64,000 nucleotides of DNA from Maritimibacter sp. (GTDB lineage: Bacteria; Pseudomonadota; Alphaproteobacteria; Rhodobacterales; Rhodobacteraceae): NCBI GenBank assembly GCA_050633625.1, contig JBOEGW010000002.1, forward strand, positions 565 through 64,564, given 5' to 3'. This document shows, piece after piece, positions 43,694-52,593 of the stretch (position 1 is the stretch's first letter; the number at the start of each line of letters is the position of its first letter). The notes beneath the pieces are model-generated. The model saw nothing but the letters and a program-made list of their open reading frames with translations. It was not told the origin of the DNA and did not search any database. The position numbers and the translations under genes were made by a program.

Positions 43694-44338
43694 TCAGACC
43701 CGCGGAACCTGAGCCTCCTCGTTTGGATCACCAACAGCCAAATCAAGCTCTGGCAAATCTCGCAGCGTCTGCAGATCAAACGTCGTCAGAAACACTTCCG
43801 TCGTGACAAACGTGTGCGGCGCACCCGGCCGCGGTGACCTCGGCCCGCTGGCAATCAGATCCTTGTAGCGCAATCGCGATAGCAAATCGCGGCTCACGTC
43901 CTTGCCAAAGATGTCCTTGAGCCCCGCGCGGTCAATGGGTTGATGATAGGCAATGGCACAGAGCACACCCATCTCCATCTCGGTAAAAGCGAGCGACTGC
44001 TCACCAAGATCCGCAGCCGCCTTGATCGCGTCCGCAAACTGCGTCTTCGTGCGGAACATCCACCCGCCAGAAACCTGCACCAGTTCGTAGGGCCGACCCG
44101 TCAACTCGGCTTGGATATCGTCAATCAGCATGTCGACCGAGGCCTCCTGCCCTAACACGCGCGCTAGGTCATCGCGACCGACGGGCGACGCACTGGCAAA
44201 GAGCACCGCTTCGATCCGCCCCATCCATTCGCGCCAGCGTAGATCTTGCGGCAAGTCTTCGAGCTCGCGGTCAAAGACACAATCGCGTCCCGAGCCCTCA
44301 TTTTCTTTCGCTGTTTTACCTTTGGCCGCGCCGGTCAT
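43694..44338 (-). CDS. scpB: ScpB-like (segregation/condensation protein B family)
   Basis: IEAVLFASASPVGRDDLARVL...ELVQVSGGWMFRT...GVLCAIAYHQPIDRAGLKDIFGKDVSRDLLSRLRYKDLI matches the tandem winged-helix ScpB pattern. Confidence 0.75.
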   Translation of the reverse strand: MTGAAKGKTAKENEGSGRDCVFDRELEDLPQDLRWREWMGRIEAVLFASASPVGRDDLARVLGQEASVDMLIDDIQAELTGRPYELVQVSGGWMFRTKTQFADAIKAAADLGEQSLAFTEMEMGVLCAIAYHQPIDRAGLKDIFGKDVSRDLLSRLRYKDLIASGPRSPRPGAPHTFVTTEVFLTTFDLQTLRDLPELDLAVGDPNEEAQVPRV

Positions 44339-45291
44339 GGCGCGATACCATACAGCCGAAACGTCGGTCGACCGGTCAGCTCACGCGCCACTCCCAATTC
44401 GACCAACCGATCACAAAGCCGCCGCGCCGCGCGATCTGTCATCGGAATAGTCGTCCCTTGGATCATCGGCGACAGCGCGGTCGAAGGTGCCACGGCATCC
44501 TCAGACAAAAACAGCGCAACGGCCGCATCGGATCCCTTGGCCCGCAGCTTCGGCGCGACTGCCTGAAGCGCGGCAGCGCGTTGAGCAAGGTCACATGAGC
44601 GGTGGACCGCATCTTCGATGGACTGCAGGATGCGCAGCTGAACCGCGAGTTCCGGCTCGTCCTCGTCCAGATCTCGTAGTATGGCCTTAGTAAGACAATG
44701 CGCCGAGACGGGCAAAACGACCGGCCAGTTCAAGACTCGCGCCAGCACCACATCAGAGAACAGACAAGCAACCCGCTCCGCCCGGTCGTCCACCTCCAGC
44801 ACCGAACGCATCACCGAAACGCACCCGACCAGCGGCCCATGGGTTTGACAGCGGGAAGCGGCCGATCGAAGCCAACCATCGACTTCCGTTTCAAGGTCCA
44901 ATCCAACAAATGCCTTGAGCGCCGCATTCCAATCGCGCCCAGTTATGCGCAGCCGCGCCGCGTCGCGCCAGAAGGCCAAGAGATCTCCATCCGGACCACG
45001 TGCCTCACCCGCTGGCGTCAGATGAAAAGCGTCGCGGATATCGACCTCTCGCGCCATCCGCCCCTCTAGCTTTGAGGTTGCCGACGCGGCAGTCAGCGCC
45101 AATCGGTTGGCAAGCAATTTCACTGGCACGCCTCCGGATGGATCGCTGACCAGCTGATCGAGGATCGTAAGGGCCACACCAGACCGAAATGCCACAGTTT
45201 CAAGGGTTTCTGCACGCCCTGAGGTGACCCAGGCAGGAAGCTTCGGTAGGCTGATCAAGTCGTTTGAGACAGTGGCAGGCTGAAAGGTCAT
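44335..45291 (-). CDS. DUF1403-like protein
   Basis: About 318 aa, overlaps the ScpB-like start by 4 nt. N-terminal LPAWVTSGRAETLETVAFRSGVALTILD recalls DUF1403 proteins of alphaproteobacterial plasmids. Assigned from memory and not verified. Confidence 0.5.
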   Translation of the reverse strand: MTFQPATVSNDLISLPKLPAWVTSGRAETLETVAFRSGVALTILDQLVSDPSGGVPVKLLANRLALTAASATSKLEGRMAREVDIRDAFHLTPAGEARGPDGDLLAFWRDAARLRITGRDWNAALKAFVGLDLETEVDGWLRSAASRCQTHGPLVGCVSVMRSVLEVDDRAERVACLFSDVVLARVLNWPVVLPVSAHCLTKAILRDLDEDEPELAVQLRILQSIEDAVHRSCDLAQRAAALQAVAPKLRAKGSDAAVALFLSEDAVAPSTALSPMIQGTTIPMTDRAARRLCDRLVELGVARELTGRPTFRLYGIAP

Positions 45292-45366
45292 GCTAGAACG
45301 ATACCTCAGCACGGCGCTTATATCCACAAAATATCACGTAAACCGCCCCACTCTGTCAGTCTTTTC

Positions 45367-45397
45367 TATGTCCAATAAGTTTGCATTATCGGACATA
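45367..45397. other. Candidate tyrosine-recombinase core site
   Basis: TATGTCCAATAA-gtttgca-TTATCGGACATA: 12-bp inverted arms (11 of 12 complementary) around a 7-bp spacer, 8 nt upstream of the recombinase ORF. Confidence 0.45.
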
Positions 45398-45404
45398 AAG
45401 AGAT

Positions 45405-46514
45405 ATGCTCAGCGCCATGTCGGAAAACAACGAGAAATCGCGCTCAAAGCCACCAAACGGGTCTTCGTTCAACGAGGACAACGAGAGAGATCGCCCGGAC
45501 GGCGAAGCCTTGAACCTCCCTTCCTTTGTGGCGGGTTCAGGCAGCCTCGACCGGCTGGTCGATACCGCCCGCGACTACGCACGCGCTGCGGCCTCGGACA
45601 ATACGCTGAAGGCCTACGCGAAAGACTGGGCGCATTTCGCGCGCTGGTGCCGGATTAAGGGCGCGGAGCCGCTGCCTCCTTCATCTGAAATGATCGGGCT
45701 CTACCTTGCGGACCTGGCGTCCGGAGCGGGCCCCTCGCCTGCCCTATCGGTCAGTACCATCGACCGCCGCCTGTCGGGCCTCGCCTGGAACTATGCGCAG
45801 CGCGGCTTTGCCCTCGATCGCAAGAACCGCCATATCGCCACCGTGCTGGCCGGGATCAAACGCAAACACGCCCGTCCGCCGGTGCAAAAGGAAGCGATCC
45901 TGGCCGAGGACATCCTCGCGATGGTCGCCACCTTGCCTTACGACCTGCGCGGTCTGCGAGATCGGGCCATCCTGCTCCTCGGCTATGCTGGGGGCCTCCG
46001 ACGCTCGGAAATTGTCAGCCTCGACGTGCACAAGGACGACACGCCGGACTCGGGCGGCTGGATCGAGATCTTCGACAAGGGAGCCCTGCTCACCCTCAAT
46101 GCCAAGACCGGCTGGCGTGAGGTCGAGATCGGACGCGGCTCCAAGGACCAGACCTGCCCTGTCCATGCGCTCGAGCAATGGTTGCACTTCGCCAAGATCG
46201 ACTTCGGCCCAATTTTCACCGGCACCTCGCGCGATGGCAAACGCGCCTCAGAAACCAGGTTGAACGACAAGCATGTCGCGCGCCTGATCAAGCGCACGGT
46301 TCTGGACGCCGGCATCCGGTCGGACCTGCCTGAGAAAGACCGCCTGGCGCTGTTCTCCGGCCATTCGTTGCGCGCCGGTCTCGCCAGCTCCGCCGAAGTC
46401 GACGAGCGCTACGTCCAGAAGCAGCTTGGCCACGCCTCGGCCGAGATGACCCGCCGCTATCAGCGCCGCCGCGACAGGTTCCGGGTAAACCTGACCAAAG
46501 CCGCCGGTCTCTGA
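45405..46514 (+). CDS. Tyrosine site-specific recombinase/integrase
   Basis: C-terminal catalytic region FSGHSLRAGLASS...QKQLGHASAEMTRRYQRR (R..HxxR..Y signature). Confidence 0.9.
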   Translation: MLSAMSENNEKSRSKPPNGSSFNEDNERDRPDGEALNLPSFVAGSGSLDRLVDTARDYARAAASDNTLKAYAKDWAHFARWCRIKGAEPLPPSSEMIGLYLADLASGAGPSPALSVSTIDRRLSGLAWNYAQRGFALDRKNRHIATVLAGIKRKHARPPVQKEAILAEDILAMVATLPYDLRGLRDRAILLLGYAGGLRRSEIVSLDVHKDDTPDSGGWIEIFDKGALLTLNAKTGWREVEIGRGSKDQTCPVHALEQWLHFAKIDFGPIFTGTSRDGKRASETRLNDKHVARLIKRTVLDAGIRSDLPEKDRLALFSGHSLRAGLASSAEVDERYVQKQLGHASAEMTRRYQRRRDRFRVNLTKAAGL

Positions 46515-46526
46515 GCCCCTGCCCTA

Positions 46527-47807
46527 TCACGCCGCCTGCCCACTGAGCCTACCATAGAAGCTGCGCTCGAGATGCAGCTCCCCTGCCCCGGCTTTCTCTA
46601 CCATGCCGCACAGATAGCCGCCCGGCGAGGCAACCTCGCCCGCACTGTGCTTCTCGAAGACGAGGGCAAACGCGGCCGTGGCCACCTGGGTGCCCATTCG
46701 GTCCTGCGCCACGTTCCAGGCATGCTCAGAGATACCGATCATCGGCCTGAGTTGTCCGGCAACCCGGTGCAGATCGCCCCAATCCTTCAGGAATCCACCC
46801 ATATTGCGCGCCCAGGATGCGAATTCCGGACAGGCTTGCATGATTGTCGGCAGGTCGAGCGCTGTCCGCTTCTTGCGCACCTCGGCAACCCAGTCTTCCA
46901 GCTCCCTGTCAACCCGCTCTTCCGGTGGCGCATTGGGCACCACACCCGCCGCTTCCTCTTTTTCAGAGGAATTACTAGTTACAGGATTAAGTTGATTTGT
47001 AATTAGTATATGAGGTTCGGAAATGACCCCCCTGGGGTTCATTTCTTGAGTCTTCTTCGTGACTTGGGTATCGTTATTATCGGTGTTTTCCACAGGTTTC
47101 ACCGCGCCAGTCGCTTTGAGATAGGCCGCCTCAACCCGTTCCTGGAGTTCCTTGAACCATGTGAGCAAACGCACCAGCTGTTCGGACGCTTCGTGTCGGC
47201 GTGGTAGCCGGTCGAGAAGCTCCTCAAAAAGCCCCGTGAATTGCCTCCAGGGCCCACGCAGCGCGCTGCTGAGAGCTGCCTCGATCCGGGCTCGGATCAT
47301 CCGGCGCGCCACAGTGATCTGGCGCTTCAGGCGCTGGCAGAGTTCGCGCTCGGCCTGCAACTCGGTATGAAGTCCCTCGAACTCCTCGACACGGGCGGAA
47401 AGCGGTGAAAGATCGAAGCCATAGGCCTCGACGATCCGCCCCTCAGCGTCCCTGCGGCCCCACCGCTTGCCATTGGGGCTATCCTGGAAGGAGATCACGC
47501 CGATCTCAGCAAGACGCCGCGCGTGGCGCTTGAGGGCCGACAGGGAAAAGCCCGTCTGCTCCATCAGATAGGCGTTCGACGCCCAGACGATCGGGCGCTG
47601 CCCCTCCTCCCAGTCCTGAGCTTGCGTGAAGGCCCCGAGCGTGTCGAGGAGCATCATGTCGCCTGCCTTCAGGCCGATATGTGCCCCCACGCGCTTGAGT
47701 GCCACGAAGGCCCGTGTTTTGGGTATTGCTACCCGTTCACCGGCTTGGGCAAGTTGCTCAGCAACCCCAAGACCCGGTGTCGGCTTGCGCCAACCTGTAT
47801 GTTTCAT
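46527..47807 (-). CDS. repC: Replication initiator RepC
   Basis: GKRWGRRDAEGRIVEAYGFDLSPL and overall N-terminal similarity to RepC. Third gene of the repA-repB-repC array. Confidence 0.9.
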   Translation of the reverse strand: MKHTGWRKPTPGLGVAEQLAQAGERVAIPKTRAFVALKRVGAHIGLKAGDMMLLDTLGAFTQAQDWEEGQRPIVWASNAYLMEQTGFSLSALKRHARRLAEIGVISFQDSPNGKRWGRRDAEGRIVEAYGFDLSPLSARVEEFEGLHTELQAERELCQRLKRQITVARRMIRARIEAALSSALRGPWRQFTGLFEELLDRLPRRHEASEQLVRLLTWFKELQERVEAAYLKATGAVKPVENTDNNDTQVTKKTQEMNPRGVISEPHILITNQLNPVTSNSSEKEEAAGVVPNAPPEERVDRELEDWVAEVRKKRTALDLPTIMQACPEFASWARNMGGFLKDWGDLHRVAGQLRPMIGISEHAWNVAQDRMGTQVATAAFALVFEKHSAGEVASPGGYLCGMVEKAGAGELHLERSFYGRLSGQAA

Positions 47808-47967
47808 GCCTGTTTCTCACCTCCGGTTAGTTGGAGGCAAAAGAAAGCCGTTCGCTCAGGAGCGTTCGTCGTTGACAGTGATTCGTGGGAGAGGTATCCT
47901 CTAAGCGACCAAACTTTTCAGATTAGCTCTCAGGCCACACTGCTTGGGGGCTTTTCTTTTGCCTAGA

Positions 47968-48966
47968 TCATTGTTCCGACTGCTCCTCTTTTGTCGCGAG
48001 GAAATCGCTGTAGAGCTGATCCAGTCGACCGGAGAGAAAGTCCCCGAACTCGGTTGAATCTTGCGCCGTTAGCGAAATACTGAATGCCTTACCGGACCGC
48101 CCGATGACGCCTTTGATGCGGCCTTTGCCGGCGGTCCAGGTGCGTTTTTTGGGCGCAGCGCGTGCTTTACGGCGCTTCGGCGCCCTGCCGGCTTCTGCCA
48201 GTTTGCTGTGCAAGAACTCGAAGCGAGCATCACTATCAAGATGCTGAAACCCGTCAAACTCCAAGGCTTCTTTCAGGATCTTGTCATTCGCGGGCTCCAA
48301 AGCCAGCTTTTTGAAATCCTCCCAACGATCCCGTCCGATCTGCTTGGCTGGGCCAATCTGCTCGATAACGTCCCGCGGAACGTTCTGAGCCACCGAGAGC
48401 ATGCGCGAAAGCAGTGTCCCATCAATGGTCAACGCAGCTTGGATCACATCCTTTGCCTGCCCCATATCCAAGAGATTCTTCGCGAACAGCGCCTTCTCGA
48501 TGAACGAGAGATCTGCGCGTGCCGTATTTTCCTGCCCTTGAGCAAGAATGTGCGCCACATCGTCCATTGGTTTGACAACAGCGCGAACCTTACGGTTGAG
48601 CGCCGACGCAACTCGCACACGGCGATGCCCGAAGACGATCATGTAGCGGCCGTCTAATTCCGGATGCGGGCGAAGCAATACTGGTGTGTCCTGGCGGCCG
48701 GCAGCGATCGATGCCTTCAGTTCATCGAACGCCTGATCGTCATCACTGAGGCGATCCGAGACAAAGGACACGTCGATCAATTGTGGATCGATCTCCACAA
48801 TCGTTTCCCCTTCGAGGAGACGCTTCGAGTTCTCCGCGAGGCTGTCGATTGAAACTTTCATCGACTTCGAAGCACCGCGCATTGCGTAACCAGAGCGGCC
48901 AGAATCCTTGGGTTGCTCAGGGGAACCGCTCATGACGCTTTTCAGGAGGTCTTTCCGAGCCATCAA
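47968..48966 (-). CDS. repB: Partition protein RepB (ParB family)
   Basis: ParB-box VFGHRRVRVASAL and an HTH region. Lies between repA and repC. Confidence 0.9.
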   Translation of the reverse strand: MMARKDLLKSVMSGSPEQPKDSGRSGYAMRGASKSMKVSIDSLAENSKRLLEGETIVEIDPQLIDVSFVSDRLSDDDQAFDELKASIAAGRQDTPVLLRPHPELDGRYMIVFGHRRVRVASALNRKVRAVVKPMDDVAHILAQGQENTARADLSFIEKALFAKNLLDMGQAKDVIQAALTIDGTLLSRMLSVAQNVPRDVIEQIGPAKQIGRDRWEDFKKLALEPANDKILKEALEFDGFQHLDSDARFEFLHSKLAEAGRAPKRRKARAAPKKRTWTAGKGRIKGVIGRSGKAFSISLTAQDSTEFGDFLSGRLDQLYSDFLATKEEQSEQ

Positions 48967-49066
48967 GCTAACTCCTTTGCTTTGCGATCCAGCCCACGCT
49001 CTGCACTCATCCGATCAGTTGCAAGGCTGTCAAAATCGGAGATCTGCACGGCTGTCAAAATGTCGG

Positions 49067-50278
49067 TCATTCGCGCCCCCAGGCCTTGTGAATCAGCTCT
49101 GCGATCTCGTCGTTCACGTCGTTCAAAGAAGTGACAGCGCGATCATAGGTGGTCCGGACAAACTGCGACCGCTCGACTTCGTAGAGCGTCTGCTTCGTGA
49201 TCCCTGCGTCGGATATCGCGGTCGATTTCAACACTGGAGCCGACAGCATCTGATTTGGAAACATTGCCTGGAGGAACCCGACCATCTGCTTTTGGGGGCC
49301 GTCCGTCGGTTCAAATCGCGTTACGAGGTAACGGAACCACTTCAGGCGCATGTTCGCTCCAGCGTCACGGATCGTCTTCATGATCCCGCCCAACATCAGA
49401 AGAAACTGGCTCATCGACATGACGTCCAGCATCTGAGGATGGACGGTCACAATCACCGAAGATGAGGCCGTCAGAGCGGTGAGCGTCAGGTAGCCCAACT
49501 GAGGGGGGCAGTCGATTACGACCACATCATAGCGCTCATCAACCTCGCCGAGCGCTTTGGATATCCGAGTGAAGAAGGTTCGGCCCTCATGGGGGTCGCT
49601 GCTCGTCAGTGCAACCGGGGTATCATATTCGTACTCTTGCAGCTCGAGGCTTGCCGGAACGATATCCAGATTTGGAAAGTTTGTCGGTCGGATAACTTCG
49701 GAGATGGGCTTGCGCTCGACATCATACCGGAGTGTCTCATAGAGCGATGGCACGTTGTCGAGTTCAGGCTGAATACCGTGCAAAGCTGTCAGCGAAGCTT
49801 GAGGATCCAAGTCGATCGCAAGAACGCGATGCCCCTTCAGCGCCAAATGCTGAGCGAGATGAGCTGCGGTGGTGGTCTTTCCGCTTCCCCCTTTGAAGTT
49901 CACGACAGACACAACGTGCAACTCTTCGCCTGGCTGTCGGTAGGGCACATATCGACGCTTGCCGGGCCGACCATGTTTGTCCAGATAAGCTCTCAGCTCG
50001 AGCATCTGCTCCGCAGAGTAACTACGCCTTCCGGATGACGACGTTTCAGGCTCGGGGCCTTTGCCCTCGAGGTGAAGCTTCTTGATGGTCGACTGGGTTA
50101 CGCCAAGATAGTAGGCAACCTCCGCCAGCGAAAACTGACGTAGACCTTTCTGGGCATCTGGAGGATACTGTTCCTGCCGCAACATATTGAGACGGTCAGA
50201 AATCAACTCTCCCTGCTGAAGGATGATCTCGTCGAAGGGTTGATCCTTCGTATCAGCCGTAAATGACCTATCTCGCAT
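49067..50278 (-). CDS. repA: Partition ATPase RepA (ParA family)
   Basis: N-terminal HTH extension plus deviant Walker A VVNFKGGSGKTTTAAHLA and DLDPQASLT. Confidence 0.9.
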   Translation of the reverse strand: MRDRSFTADTKDQPFDEIILQQGELISDRLNMLRQEQYPPDAQKGLRQFSLAEVAYYLGVTQSTIKKLHLEGKGPEPETSSSGRRSYSAEQMLELRAYLDKHGRPGKRRYVPYRQPGEELHVVSVVNFKGGSGKTTTAAHLAQHLALKGHRVLAIDLDPQASLTALHGIQPELDNVPSLYETLRYDVERKPISEVIRPTNFPNLDIVPASLELQEYEYDTPVALTSSDPHEGRTFFTRISKALGEVDERYDVVVIDCPPQLGYLTLTALTASSSVIVTVHPQMLDVMSMSQFLLMLGGIMKTIRDAGANMRLKWFRYLVTRFEPTDGPQKQMVGFLQAMFPNQMLSAPVLKSTAISDAGITKQTLYEVERSQFVRTTYDRAVTSLNDVNDEIAELIHKAWGRE

Positions 50279-50738
50279 CCGCCTGCCCTCTAAATATCGC
50301 TTTTTCAGCGATTTCGCTCTTTAAAGTGTTATCTACACGGAAAAATGAGTCTTAACAACGATTTTCACCCAGAGGTTCGAACCCACTCGATGCACCAGGC
50401 GGTTTAGATGCGGCGACAACCTGTAGCGATCACGGAACACCGCGACTCAATATATAGGGACAATAGCGACATCTTCGACGCAGATATTGGGTCACGTCTC
50501 GCGGCGAATCCTATCTAACCTTCTGTTTTATATTGAATTTATGCGACTGCACGGCTGTCAAAACACATGCAGGTCTAGGACTCGAAACGCCCGACAGTAC
50601 CTCGAAACCTAGGGTGCCAAAACGAACAGTATCGGCCGGGATTTACAAACGGACTATGATCATTTGCTGCCGTTCCGCTCTTCAATCACGGCAGACCAAC
50701 ATATAACCAAGTCGCTTCAGGGGCCTAGAAGGCAGCGG

Positions 50739-50764
50739 AAATCGGCTGGGTTGCCCCAGCCGAT
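50739..50764 (-). terminator. Hairpin downstream of DUF736 copy B
   Basis: AATCGGCTGGG-ttgc-CCCAGCCGATT is an 11-bp perfect stem 9 nt after the stop. The U-tract is weak. Confidence 0.4.
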
Positions 50765-50772
50765 TCTTTGCG

Positions 50773-51111
50773 TCACGCGGCGTCTTTGGGACCCCAGGGG
50801 ATGACGGCCTGCAGGGACAGATCGTCCTGGTTCGCGGCCTTGCCGAGGTTGGCGTTGAAGCCGTGGTCGCGGATGGTCAGCGTATAGTAGTCGGCGCCGG
50901 TCTCCTTGTTCTGCTTCTTCCAGATGCCGCCGCACTCGACCAGCTTGCCGCGCGGGGAGCGGCCGAGGACGCGGTGCGTGGGGGCCATCGGGTTCGTGCT
51001 CGCGACGGGTTCGACCGTGATGTCGAGGTCGAAGGTCAGGGTCGAAATGGAGCCGATCCCTTTTGCGGTTTCGATGTCGGCGCTGGTGAATTTGATGCAG
51101 TTCGTGGTCAT
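50773..51111 (-). CDS. DUF736-family protein (copy B, 112 aa)
   Basis: Differs from copy A at two residues (T18I, A39T). Confidence 0.85.
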   Translation of the reverse strand: MTTNCIKFTSADIETAKGIGSISTLTFDLDITVEPVASTNPMAPTHRVLGRSPRGKLVECGGIWKKQNKETGADYYTLTIRDHGFNANLGKAANQDDLSLQAVIPWGPKDAA

Positions 51112-51310
51112 TGCTCTTCTCCTTGTTTGCGTTGCAATGATGGTCACCTTGCAGCTGGCCAAGGCCCGGCCACACCGAAGGCGAAGCGCAGCGGAGAGGG
51201 GCAGGCGCCGGTCTTTTTGCCTCGCGAGGAATGGCCCGCAGGGGCAGGGGAAAAAGATCGGCGGCAACCTTTGTGGACGGGACGACAGCTGCGACCAGCA
51301 TGTCATGCAA
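50777..51310. repeat. 534-bp direct repeat, copy B (partner at 22941..23474)
   Basis: See copy A. Collinear with no indels. Confidence 0.9.
51208..51261 (-). promoter_or_regulatory. Conserved leader hairpin, copy B
   Basis: CCGGTCTTTTT ... AAAAAGATCGG arms around GCCTCGCGAGGAATGGCCCGCAGGGGCAGGGG. Confidence 0.55.
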
Positions 51311-51698
51311 CTCAGACAAAAGGAGAAGTGCGGTGGCCGCGAAGCCGAGGGAGATGTTGCAAGTTGGCGATCTATCTTGAAGCCGACTTCTTAGCCCGGT
51401 GGAGCCGACAAGTCGCGCTCTCGGGAACAAGAAAACCAATTTCAACGCAACGACGCTGGCTAAATGACCGAAGAAGTGAGGCTAGTAGTAATCTGGAAGA
51501 AGCCATAGGGCAGGGGGACCGGGTAGGAGAGTTTGCCTGTTGAGGACCCTCGGCTCCGAAGCGGTCATTAAGTTACCGTGCAGCTGATGGCGGCTACGAG
51601 CCCTAGGTTCGGGGTTTCTGCGACATGGCGAATGTCAGCTATAAGGGTCGTGCCACGCTCGAAGTACTCCAAGAAACTACCTTGTGACGAAGCAAACT

Positions 51699-52505
51699 CT
51701 ACAATTCGTAGGGTCGCTTGACACCTAAATCCTCTTTCAGCTTGGCCCAGGTCGCAGCTTCGAATTGCTCCGGCCACTCGACCCCTCTCTGCGCGGCAAG
51801 GCGGCGCGCTCGTGGTAAAAAGGCATTCGCGTAGGCAAGGTGTGTTGCAATCATCGCATCCCGCTCCGCGACCGGCGCAGGAAGGGCTGTAACCAACTCT
51901 TTTTGTTCTTCCGTCAGCAACCTATTCAGATGAAGCGCTCCACCTCGATCCGGCGCGGCGGTTTCTTCGACCAAAAGGTCGATTAGTTTGGTGCGCAGGT
52001 GGAAGATACCCGCGACACCGTTGATGTATTCTTCGCGGCCCGCTGCAAGATGCAGAAGCCCGAGTATGCGAATGAATTCCTCGATCTGACGGAACAGGCG
52101 CGCCGGTGAGGCCTTCGGTTGTGGTCGATCTTTCGGTAACTGGTCGTAACGAACGTCATGATCGAACAGAGGTCGAAGGCTTGCCTGATTCTGTGCTGCG
52201 AACTGTTCGGGCTTCAGGATGATCACATCCGTGCGTGTCCAGTCTGCGGTAATGGCGTTGATCAGCGCGGGACGAACATTCCGATCCCACCACATCACGA
52301 TGTCGCCGGTGCGCGCGACAGCGGCCTTCCATGTTCCGGCGACCTCGTCGGTTGGCCCGTCTTCCGACACCAGAACGAAGTCGATGTCGCTATAAGCGTC
52401 TGCCCGCCCGTTGCCGAAGCTGCCGCTCAGGAAAAGGCCGCGAACGGCAGAATGATCGCGCAGTGCGTTGCTGATAGTCTCAATGACACGCTCTGACTTC
52501 ATCAA
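51699..52505 (-). CDS. Nucleotidyltransferase-domain protein (aminoglycoside/lincosamide NTase-like)
   Basis: GLFLSGSFGNGRADAYSDIDFVLV matches the GS-x(n)-D-x-D polymerase-beta-type NTase motif. The substrate cannot be inferred. Confidence 0.7.
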   Translation of the reverse strand: MMKSERVIETISNALRDHSAVRGLFLSGSFGNGRADAYSDIDFVLVSEDGPTDEVAGTWKAAVARTGDIVMWWDRNVRPALINAITADWTRTDVIILKPEQFAAQNQASLRPLFDHDVRYDQLPKDRPQPKASPARLFRQIEEFIRILGLLHLAAGREEYINGVAGIFHLRTKLIDLLVEETAAPDRGGALHLNRLLTEEQKELVTALPAPVAERDAMIATHLAYANAFLPRARRLAAQRGVEWPEQFEAATWAKLKEDLGVKRPYEL

Positions 52506-52593
52506 CTCTTCCTTTCAAAGGCATACGGGTTCGCACTTCAATGACGTAAGACAGCCGTTGGGGCGCGCAGGAACCGGTGCGGTATGGCGGGTG

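Noticed and set aside
47881-47967. Attempt to place the repABC ctRNA terminator at ...GGCCACACTGCTTGGGGGCTTTTCTTTT.
   Set aside because: The T-rich tract is there, but I could not fold a convincing GC-rich stem immediately before it. The ctRNA is therefore reported only as an expectation for the spacer, not as a coordinate-level feature.
50365-50398. tRNA-3'-end-like sequence: AGAGG-TTCGAAC-CCACT followed by CGATGCACCA, with GGTTCGAACC also being a 10-bp palindrome.
   Set aside because: The T-stem has a mismatch, the CCA is offset by one nucleotide, and no D-arm or anticodon arm can be folded upstream, so it is not a tRNA gene. It could be an old att-site remnant, but a single 35-nt resemblance is too weak to call.
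50717-51543. ORFs 50717..51445 (-) and 50863..51543 (+), and likewise 23070..23915 (+), extending across the DUF736 genes and leaders.
   Set aside because: Reading frames stay open through the conserved leader because it is GC-rich. The shared peptide-like strings (FPCPCG...) reflect conserved nucleotides of the hairpin element, not coding sequence. The real DUF736 CDS starts at the internal ATG with AAGGAGAAG upstream.
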